Source: Oceanispirochaeta sp.
Lineage (GTDB): Bacteria > Spirochaetota > Spirochaetia > DSM-2461
Reading direction: 5' to 3'
Assembly (NCBI GenBank): GCA_963666275.2
Contig: CAXXOA010000001.1
Location: 1,536,001-1,600,000 of the forward strand
DNA: 64,000 nt
Part shown: piece after piece, positions 56,636 to 64,000 of the stretch
How positions within the stretch are numbered: position 1 is the first letter of the stretch
Layout: every line of letters begins with the position of its first letter
Position numbers and translations under genes: made by a program
Notes under the pieces: generated by a model
Database searches by the model: none
Told to the model about the DNA's origin: nothing
Seen by the model: only the letters and a program-made list of their open reading frames with translations

Positions 56636-58768
56636 TTAATCTTTTTTGATATAGTAGGAATTGCGTATGCTTCTTCCTGTAGAATTATAGGTTCTGAGAA
56701 AGTCCGCCGCTTCGGCCTGACTGACAAAAATCTTCCTGTCGTTCTGGCTGTAGGGGACAGCAATCCATGTTCCGTCGTTCATCAGGTAGAAATCGAGAAG
56801 GATCTGCCCCTTGAGGGGATTGAAAAGTGAGATGGAGCCTTCGGAATTGAGGATGTAGAGCATGCCGTTATTGTAAAAAATCTTTTCGATATTTTTGGGG
56901 TACTCCCATGTCTTCTTTCTGGTTCCCGAAATCCTTATGATCTCCCGTCCCGAGATGGTGCCGTAGAGAGTAGGGGAGTAGGAACTGGTGTCGGCTGTAA
57001 ACCTGGCATTGATCCATTCGCCGTTGAGGGAAAACACGGAAGTCGATGTTTCGGGATCTCCCGCATTGTGACTGCGGATTGTTGTTTTAACGGATGTGTC
57101 GGATACCTGAGCCAGGCCGACTGTATAGGCTCTGTTTGCTTCTGAAGGAGAAAAAATATCATAAATCAGAAAACGCTCGTCCGTAATGGGAATGATCTCT
57201 CCCGTATCTGTCTGAACTGTGAAAATCGAATTCCGGCCTGTTTTCATAAGAGACTTTCCCCCCAGGAGGGTCGTGTCATTCAGAAAGTTCAGACTGACCA
57301 TTCCAAGAGCGGAAAACTGAAAATCCCTGAATCCTGTGTGAATGTTGTTTAAAGTGGCTTCGCCGCTGTTCTCAAGTACAAGGACCTGATTGTTCCGGAC
57401 ATGGATCTGATTCAGAGGAGATTCGAAGTTGTAATTGCTGTTGAGCACATCTCCTGTGACGGGATTGTAAATGATATATCCTTTCCTGACGCTCTCTTTG
57501 GTCCATATGAGCATTTTTTCATTGTCAATGGGTTCTATTTCAGAATCACCGGGAAGAGGGCTTTCAGACTCTGTTATGAGCATGTCGTTAAAGCTCTGCA
57601 GGTCTCCAGTGAACCGTTCCCGGCCAAAACTATCGCTTTCCAGGTGAAACAGATTCCGGGTGGAGAGAATGAAGAGGGAATTGTCCATAAAATTCAGATC
57701 TTTAATATGGGCTATATTGTTCTGTTTGAATACAGCAGGCTTCAGGGTTGAGGGATCCATATTCCAGATAGTTCCGTTGCTGTCAGAAAGGAATATTCTA
57801 TTCCCTATAGTTAAAGATCCTGTAAGGCTTCCGTTCATGGTGAACTGTCCGCTGGTGACAGGAAGGGACGGCGCCATGACGGTTTCTCCCTCTGCCAGGA
57901 AGGAATCCATATTGACAGGGCTGAAAAAAGCCCCCTGAGTCGTATAGGTGTACACTTCCAGACGACCTGCAGTGCCTTTCGTGGTAACAGAAAGGAACCC
58001 ATTTTCAGAATCAAGAGAAAAATCCAGAAGATCTTCTATTTCCAGAGAATCCCTAACACTGCCGTTGAGGCGGTCTATAAGGTATATGGTACTGCCTTTT
58101 CTTGCGCTGATATACCGTTTTCCCTCGGTCTGGAGCACTTCGATATCCGTTAATGACGGAACTGTTTCCGCTTCGCTTTTCAGGGCGGAAGTTCTTATGT
58201 CCCAGTATTTGATCATCCCCGATGAGCTGTAGGTCATCACACGGGATTCTGAAGCGCCTATGTAGCCGTAGCTGATCAAATCATAGAGTTTTTTCAGATA
58301 GCTGTATTCCCGGCCGGACTGACTGTCCATGAGAACTATGCTGGGGGAGCTGATGCGTGTCATAAAGAGGAACCGGCCCTGACCGGAGTATTCAAACTGC
58401 AATGGTCTGTCCTGAAGTTCCTTTCTGAAGAGCAGGGTTCCCTTTTCCCAGTCCCAGACGCTCAGTTCGGTAAATCCCGGTCGGGAAACCAGGAGGGCGA
58501 ACTCTGTTTTCTGAGGATGTACTTTGACCTGAATGGCTCCTCTGACTCCTGTACTGACCTGGTATCTGATACTGTTGGAGGCAAGATCCCATACTTTGAC
58601 AAGCCCCGTATTATCGGTGGAAAGAAGGACACCGCTGGTGTGATAGACCAGGGATTCAATACCTGAACTGTGACCTGAATCTATCATGACCCTGTTCGCT
58701 GTCTGTCCCGTAAGATTTATTGTCAGCACCAGTACAGTTAATATAAAAGGTATTCTTTTGATCAGCAT
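56636..58768 (-). CDS. Exported WD40-like beta-propeller protein
   Basis: Signal peptide; GH..I...LLSTD.TG.VKVWD, SVWDW, IKYWD; ATG at 58768 after AAGGA. Confidence 0.8.
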   Translation of the reverse strand: MLIKRIPFILTVLVLTINLTGQTANRVMIDSGHSSGIESLVYHTSGVLLSTDNTGLVKVWDLASNSIRYQVSTGVRGAIQVKVHPQKTEFALLVSRPGFTELSVWDWEKGTLLFRKELQDRPLQFEYSGQGRFLFMTRISSPSIVLMDSQSGREYSYLKKLYDLISYGYIGASESRVMTYSSSGMIKYWDIRTSALKSEAETVPSLTDIEVLQTEGKRYISARKGSTIYLIDRLNGSVRDSLEIEDLLDFSLDSENGFLSVTTKGTAGRLEVYTYTTQGAFFSPVNMDSFLAEGETVMAPSLPVTSGQFTMNGSLTGSLTIGNRIFLSDSNGTIWNMDPSTLKPAVFKQNNIAHIKDLNFMDNSLFILSTRNLFHLESDSFGRERFTGDLQSFNDMLITESESPLPGDSEIEPIDNEKMLIWTKESVRKGYIIYNPVTGDVLNSNYNFESPLNQIHVRNNQVLVLENSGEATLNNIHTGFRDFQFSALGMVSLNFLNDTTLLGGKSLMKTGRNSIFTVQTDTGEIIPITDERFLIYDIFSPSEANRAYTVGLAQVSDTSVKTTIRSHNAGDPETSTSVFSLNGEWINARFTADTSSYSPTLYGTISGREIIRISGTRKKTWEYPKNIEKIFYNNGMLYILNSEGSISLFNPLKGQILLDFYLMNDGTWIAVPYSQNDRKIFVSQAEAADFLRTYNSTGRSIRNSYYIKKD

Positions 58769-58769
58769 T

Positions 58770-60116
58770 TTAGTTCCTTGAGAAAAATAATATGTCATTC
58801 ATGGTTGCAAAAAGGATCAGTCCGAAAACTATGATTGTTCCCAGAAGCTGATATCGGTATATGATCTGTGGATTGGGACGCTTCCTGAAGATCCCTTCCA
58901 CAAGGAAAAGGAGGATTTGTCCGCCGTCCAGAACAGGAATAGGCAGAAGATTCATAACAAAAAGAGCTATATTTATAAGGGCGATAAATCGGAAAAACGT
59001 GAGGAATCCCTCGGCAGCACTGTTCTGAAATCCCGAGAAAGCCAGATCTCCTGTTATGTAGGTGATCCGTAAGGGGCCAGAAACAGCAGACTGCAGATCA
59101 ATGCCCTTGAAGAGAAGAGCAAGGCCTTTTACAGAGGTTACCAGGGTTCTGACTGTTTCCCTCCAGGCTTCGGCAATGGAAAACAGGGGTCGGAATCCCG
59201 GGGTCCTCTCCTCTCTGAACTCAAACTGAATTTTTGTCCCTTCAATTCTGGTAGGCTGTTCCAGCCTGAGGGTCCGGGTGGAACCGCCGCGGATAATGGT
59301 GAGTTCCTCTACTTCCCGGTTTTCTATAAGGGATGACAATTCTACCGCATGGTTTACGGGAATCTGATTGATTGCGCTTATTCTGTCCCCCCGGAGCAGG
59401 CCGAGAGGGGCAAGAAGGGAATCTTCCTGAACTGATCTTATAACAGGATCAATCCAGGGATAGATTCCTATGAATCCAGCTCCGGTCTGTTTGTTCAGTT
59501 CAGGGGTAATGGGAATGATTAACTGTTTCCCTTCTCTTTCCACTGTGAGTTCTACAGTATTCAGAGCATTCAGGGCTATTTTTTCCTGAAGCTGATCAAA
59601 TCGACTGATACTTTCGCCGTCAATTTCAACGATGATATCTCCTGTGGCAAGACCGCTTTTATCGGCAGGATAATCGGTCCGCCCCGTATATTCGGATGCT
59701 GTTACTATCCGGGAAGGGTAGTAGTAGATTTTGTAACCGACAAAGGCAATGGAAAAAAAGATAAGTCCCGCAAAGATCAGGTTCATCAGTGGGCCGCTGA
59801 GAGAGACAATGATCCGCTTCCAGAAGGCGGCGGCATACATGTCGCCTGTATCGCATTCAACCTCCCGGGCATGGTTTTCCCACGCCTGTACCAGAGCCTG
59901 TTCGCCCTGCATTTTACAGTATCCTCCCAGAGGAAACAGGGAGATGCGGTATTCGGTACCTTTCCATTTTCTGGCAATGAGAATTTTACCCCATCCCACA
60001 GAAAAGGCTTCCACATTGATACCCGAGAGTCTGGCTGCGATAAAGTGACCGGCTTCATGGATGATCACAACCAGTGATAATCCTAATAGGCCGAATAGTA
60101 TTTTGAACAAAGTCAT
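58770..60116 (-). CDS. rseP: RIP metalloprotease RseP
   Basis: HEAGH, PLGGYC, two PDZ-like domains, NLLPIPVLDGG. Confidence 0.96.
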   Translation of the reverse strand: MTLFKILFGLLGLSLVVIIHEAGHFIAARLSGINVEAFSVGWGKILIARKWKGTEYRISLFPLGGYCKMQGEQALVQAWENHAREVECDTGDMYAAAFWKRIIVSLSGPLMNLIFAGLIFFSIAFVGYKIYYYPSRIVTASEYTGRTDYPADKSGLATGDIIVEIDGESISRFDQLQEKIALNALNTVELTVEREGKQLIIPITPELNKQTGAGFIGIYPWIDPVIRSVQEDSLLAPLGLLRGDRISAINQIPVNHAVELSSLIENREVEELTIIRGGSTRTLRLEQPTRIEGTKIQFEFREERTPGFRPLFSIAEAWRETVRTLVTSVKGLALLFKGIDLQSAVSGPLRITYITGDLAFSGFQNSAAEGFLTFFRFIALINIALFVMNLLPIPVLDGGQILLFLVEGIFRKRPNPQIIYRYQLLGTIIVFGLILFATMNDILFFSRN

Positions 60117-61243
60117 TACAGCATTTCTCCAAGTAATCTGAGAGCGGAATCTCTGGCGGCTCTGTCTGTTTCCAGTATGGTCTCCAGTGATGTCTGAGGA
60201 TAGGACCAGTCCTGCTGAAGAGTTTTTTCGGTAAGCTGCCCAATCTGTGTGAAGTGGATCTTTTCATTCAGGAAAGCATCTACAGCAATTTCATTGGCTC
60301 CATTGTAGGCTATGGGATATCCCATTGCAGACTCAGAACAGGTATAGGCCAGTTTCAACATGGGAAACTTTTCAAAATCCGGAGCCATAAACTCCAGTGT
60401 TTTTCCCGCCAGATCCATGTAGGTCCAGGGGACGGCTTTCATTTCAGGATAATAGAGGGCATCCTGTATGGGAAGCCGCATATCGGGTTTGCTTATCTGC
60501 GCATAAAGAGCCAGATCTTCTGTTCTGATCAGAGAGTGAACATAGCTTTGAGGGTGGATAAGCACTTTGATTTTCTGTATGTCAAAATCGAAAAGCTGCT
60601 GGGCTTCTATGACTTCAAGCCCCTTATTGGCCATGGTTGCCGAGTCTATTGTGATTTTATTCCCCATATCCCATGTGGGGTGCCTGAGAGCATCCGCCAG
60701 GGTTATGCCGGGAAAATCCTCCAGGGGGAGATTTCTGAAGGGGCCTCCCGAAGCGGTGAGGATGATTTCAGAAACAGTACTTTTATCGCGATTGTGGAAA
60801 AGGTGAAAAAGGGCGGAATGCTCAGAGTCCACAGGGAGAACTTTCCGTCCTGTTTTCAAGGCTGTCTGTTTGATTAGAGGGCCCGCAAGGACCATGGATT
60901 CCTTGTTGGCAAGGGCCACATCTTTTCCGGTTTCCAGAGATTTCAGAGTAGGTTCCAGTCCGCTGGCACCCACAATACCGTTGACCACAATATCCGCTTC
61001 GGTTTCTTCGATCAGACGGAGGATTCCCTCGGGTCCGGAGTAGGAGATCCGTGTATCTTCAGAGGCTTTGCCGCTGAGACAGAGCTTTGCTCCGGGCCAG
61101 GATGAAGCAAATTCCAGAAGCGCGGCTTCGTTGCTGTGTGCCTGAAGCCCTGCCACGGAAAAATCGTCTGTATTGGCGTTGATTATATCCAGCGTACTGA
61201 CTCCGATGGAGCCGGTACATCCTAATACCAGAATTTTTTTCAT
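60116..61243 (-). CDS. dxr: 1-deoxy-D-xylulose-5-phosphate reductoisomerase
   Basis: LGCTGSIG, LANKES, PVDSEHSA, TASGGPF, HPTWDMG, NKGLE. Confidence 0.98.
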   Translation of the reverse strand: MKKILVLGCTGSIGVSTLDIINANTDDFSVAGLQAHSNEAALLEFASSWPGAKLCLSGKASEDTRISYSGPEGILRLIEETEADIVVNGIVGASGLEPTLKSLETGKDVALANKESMVLAGPLIKQTALKTGRKVLPVDSEHSALFHLFHNRDKSTVSEIILTASGGPFRNLPLEDFPGITLADALRHPTWDMGNKITIDSATMANKGLEVIEAQQLFDFDIQKIKVLIHPQSYVHSLIRTEDLALYAQISKPDMRLPIQDALYYPEMKAVPWTYMDLAGKTLEFMAPDFEKFPMLKLAYTCSESAMGYPIAYNGANEIAVDAFLNEKIHFTQIGQLTEKTLQQDWSYPQTSLETILETDRAARDSALRLLGEML

Positions 61244-61266
61244 GTAAAACTTCCCGCTTTATTGGA

Positions 61267-62109
61267 TTAAAGGGCGGTGAGGCTTAAGAAATAGTAGAAA
61301 ACCGGGGCAGTCAGGAGGAGGGAATCGATAGAGTCCAGAAGTCCTCCTCTTCCCATGATAACATTTCCTGAATCTTTGACACCCGAGGATCGCTTGATAC
61401 CTGATTCCACCAAATCTCCCAGAATCGTGGTGACTCCCGCAATTAATCCGAGTAATACCATTATATATAAAGGTCCGGTAAAGACGCCAGGATACAAAAT
61501 TCCGCTTACAGTTGTAACCACAAGGGACGCAAAGATGCCGCCCATAAAACCGGCCATGCTTTTATTGGGACTGACAGCAAAAACCTTTCTTGAGTTTTTC
61601 CCCAGAAGATTTCCTACAAACCAGGCATTGGAGTCGTTCAGATACACGCTGAGCATAAAGATGATCAGAATATGAGTGGAGTACTGAAATCCTGTGAATC
61701 TGACTATATAGGTCAGAAAAAATCCGGGGTAGATCAGAGCCAGAAGGGAACCGGCAGCTGTGGTGATGACAGCTTTAAAATTATCCTCTTTCATTGTAAA
61801 CACCGGAATCGTCAGGATCAGGGCCGCCGTAATAAAGGCAAACAGAGCCAGGATTCCGGAAGGCAGAAGACCTGTTACATTCAGATAGGTGAGAATGGGC
61901 AGGATGGTTCCGACCGGAGTCAGTACCTTTGCGGGAACAGCCAGGCCGCCTTTGTTGAGCATTGTGCACATTTCTGAAGTCCCTACATAAGCGATAAGGA
62001 GTACTATCAGATTGATGGCAAGATGATTGGCAAAATCAATGAATATCAAAGCCGTGAGAAGGGGGAGGGCTATCAGAAAGAGAAGCCACCTTTTCTGAGT
62101 ATTTGTCAT
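61267..62109 (-). CDS. cdsA: Phosphatidate cytidylyltransferase
   Basis: SPNKS..G, GDLVESGIKR..GVKDSG...GRGGLLD..DS. Confidence 0.95.
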   Translation of the reverse strand: MTNTQKRWLLFLIALPLLTALIFIDFANHLAINLIVLLIAYVGTSEMCTMLNKGGLAVPAKVLTPVGTILPILTYLNVTGLLPSGILALFAFITAALILTIPVFTMKEDNFKAVITTAAGSLLALIYPGFFLTYIVRFTGFQYSTHILIIFMLSVYLNDSNAWFVGNLLGKNSRKVFAVSPNKSMAGFMGGIFASLVVTTVSGILYPGVFTGPLYIMVLLGLIAGVTTILGDLVESGIKRSSGVKDSGNVIMGRGGLLDSIDSLLLTAPVFYYFLSLTAL

Positions 62110-62804
62110 GATTTCACACCTCCGTAGCGTCTGTCTCTGTTTTTAAAATTTTCTAGAGCGTCTTTCAGATCTTCTCCGTTCCAGTCGGGCCAGAGTTTGT
62201 CTGAAAAGTAGTATTCTGCGTAAGCTGTCTGCCAGATGAGAAAATTGCTGAGTCTTTTTTCCCCGCCGGTTCTGATGACAAGGTCGACCGGGGGAATTTC
62301 CGGATTATCCAGATTTTCCGTACAGATCTTCTCTGACACGGGAGACCCGGGATTTTCGGATATGTATCGGTTGATGCTGCGGATTATCTCATCTTTGCCG
62401 CCGTAGTTGATCAGAAGATTGACTGTCAGACCGGTAAATCCGGATGTCTGTTCCATAACAGTCTGAATCTCCTGCTGAATTTCATCAGGCAGCCCCTTAA
62501 GATCTCCGCTGTGAACAACCCGAATGGCATTGTCTTTATAGAATTTATACTCTTTTTTTAAATAATTTTTAATCAGCACCATCAGGAAAGAGATCTCATC
62601 CTGAGTCCTCTTCCAGTTCTCCGTAGAAAAAACATAGAGGGAAAGATAGGATACTCCCAGATCAGATGCGGCTTTAACCACAGCCTTGGCCGCATTCAAT
62701 CCTTCCCGATGGCCTGCAGAACGGATCTGGCCGCGGTTTTTCGCCCAGCGGCCGTTTCCGTCCATAATAATGCCTATATGAAGGGGATTCTCTGTCTCCG
62801 ACAT
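62106..62804 (-). CDS. uppS: Undecaprenyl diphosphate synthase
   Basis: IMDGNGRWA, FSTENWKR, RTGGEKRLSNFLIWQ, RRYGG. Confidence 0.97.
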   Translation of the reverse strand: MSETENPLHIGIIMDGNGRWAKNRGQIRSAGHREGLNAAKAVVKAASDLGVSYLSLYVFSTENWKRTQDEISFLMVLIKNYLKKEYKFYKDNAIRVVHSGDLKGLPDEIQQEIQTVMEQTSGFTGLTVNLLINYGGKDEIIRSINRYISENPGSPVSEKICTENLDNPEIPPVDLVIRTGGEKRLSNFLIWQTAYAEYYFSDKLWPDWNGEDLKDALENFKNRDRRYGGVKS

Positions 62805-63346
62805 TAAATCTCCATGATCTCTTTTTCTTTAGCGTCGATGACTTCGCCAATCTCTTTGACATACTGATCTGTCAGTTTCTGGATGTCGTCAGCTGCTTTT
62901 TTCTGTTCGTCTTCGGTAAAGTCGCCTTTTTTGATCTGATCATTCACATCCCTGCGGATGTTTCTGATAGAAACGCGGCTCTGCTCTCCAATGTTCTTTG
63001 CCTGTTTTACAAGATCTTTACGTCTTTCTTCTGTGAGAGGTGGAATATTGATTCTGATAACTTTACCGTCATTGTTGGGATTCAGAGAGAGCTCGGAAGT
63101 CTGAATTGCTTTTTCAATGTCGTTGAGAGCATTTTTATCAAAAGGCTGAATGACAATCAGACGGGCTTCGGGGATGGAAATATTGGCAACCTGATTCATA
63201 GGTGTCGGAGTTCCATAGTACTCAACCATTACCTTATCAAAAAGATTGGCAGAAGCTCTTCCGGTACGGATTGTATTGTACTCTTCCTTCAAAGCTTTAA
63301 TGGTTTTTTTCATTCTGTCTTCAGCTGATTTCTTGACGTTTTCCAT
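62804..63346 (-). CDS. frr: Ribosome recycling factor
   Basis: IRTGRA, YYG, PPLTEERRK, IRNIRRD. Confidence 0.98.
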   Translation of the reverse strand: MENVKKSAEDRMKKTIKALKEEYNTIRTGRASANLFDKVMVEYYGTPTPMNQVANISIPEARLIVIQPFDKNALNDIEKAIQTSELSLNPNNDGKVIRINIPPLTEERRKDLVKQAKNIGEQSRVSIRNIRRDVNDQIKKGDFTEDEQKKAADDIQKLTDQYVKEIGEVIDAKEKEIMEI

Positions 63347-63361
63347 TTTTTCACCTCATTT

Positions 63362-63397
63362 AAAAAAACAGGACACTGCCGGATAGAGGCAGTGTCC
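63362..63397 (-). terminator. Intrinsic terminator between tsf and frr
   Basis: GGACACTGCC / GGCAGTGTCC 10-bp stem followed by TGTTTTTTT on the minus strand. Confidence 0.8.
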
Positions 63398-63406
63398 CGG
63401 AATTAC

Positions 63407-64000
63407 TTACTCTTCACCTACCATGTTATAAACATAGTCAGTCAGTTCAATGGTTCCGCCAACAGCTTTAGCAGTTTCTGCAATAGCCTGTTTAACGGTT
63501 AATTTATCATTTTTAACAAATGCCTGATCTACAAAGCAGATCTGAGCCAGGTGTTTGTTCAGTTTTCCTTTAACAATACCCTGAATAACTTTTTCAGGTT
63601 TGTCCATGTTCGCTGCCTGAGCAGTGAAAATCTCTTCCTGCTCTTTTACATAGGCAGGATCAACAGCGTCTCTGTCGAGGTAGGAAGGATTGAAGGCTGC
63701 TGCATGCAGTGCCAGATCCATTCCCAGAGCTTTCACTTCCGCTTTTTCTGCGGTTTCTTTGCTGTCGCAGCTCAGTTTTACCATAACACCAATGGCTCCG
63801 CCATTGTGCAGGTAGTCTACGGCACAGTCTGTGTCAGCCAGTTCGATGGTAGAGACTCTTTTCAGAACCATGTTCTCTTTCAGGATGGCAATGGCCTCTT
63901 TAACGAGGGTTTCAAGCTCTTCATTGATGGCTTTGATATTTTTCTCGGCCACAACGTCTGCGATTTTCTGTCCGGCTTCCTGGAAAGCCGCATTCTTAGC
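63407..64000 (-). CDS. tsf: Elongation factor Ts (5' part outside window)
   Basis: Frame open to the window edge (AKN.. after the expected ETDFV); KENM, YLH, ALHAAA..P, KPEKVI..IV.G. Confidence 0.95.
   Translation of the reverse strand, partial: AKNAAFQEAGQKIADVVAEKNIKAINEELETLVKEAIAILKENMVLKRVSTIELADTDCAVDYLHNGGAIGVMVKLSCDSKETAEKAEVKALGMDLALHAAAFNPSYLDRDAVDPAYVKEQEEIFTAQAANMDKPEKVIQGIVKGKLNKHLAQICFVDQAFVKNDKLTVKQAIAETAKAVGGTIELTDYVYNMVGEE

Noticed and set aside
63346..63407. No pyrH between tsf and frr
   Set aside because: Usual spirochaete arrangement

Overview
A 64-kb chromosomal window from a spirochaete. The assignment is inferred from gene order (tmk/tamB-bamA-skp-mutS-comF-rimP-nusA-infB-rbfA-truB-rpsO-pnp-lptFG-tgt-murJ; tsf-frr-uppS-cdsA-dxr-rseP without pyrH) and from NusA with a C-terminal zinc ribbon. 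About 15-64 kb is core housekeeping: translation, Holliday-junction repair, outer-membrane biogenesis, queuosine, replication. About 1-15 kb is more variable: DHH phosphoesterase, NlpC/P60-MORN peptidase, an L/F-transferase-like protein, a secreted N/Q-rich low-complexity protein, photolyase, an orphan hybrid kinase and a PocR-GGDEF-EAL protein. The clearest accessory structure is at the tmRNA gene (ssrA, 12511-12888, minus strand). Its 3' end occurs three times, delimiting (i) a 179-bp GC-rich, hairpin-packed non-coding unit carrying an inverted copy of the tmRNA T-arm and (ii) a ~1.5-kb AT-rich islet with no integrase whose only cargo is an Xre/RES-type toxin-antitoxin pair. Other candidates are a switch-like structured leader before tgt, a sigma28-like promoter with a C9 tract in its spacer, overlapping divergent promoters at rpsF, and prion-like repeats in IF2. 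No CRISPR array, rRNA, tRNA, transposase or integrase was recognised. All family calls come from motif reading by eye, not database searches.
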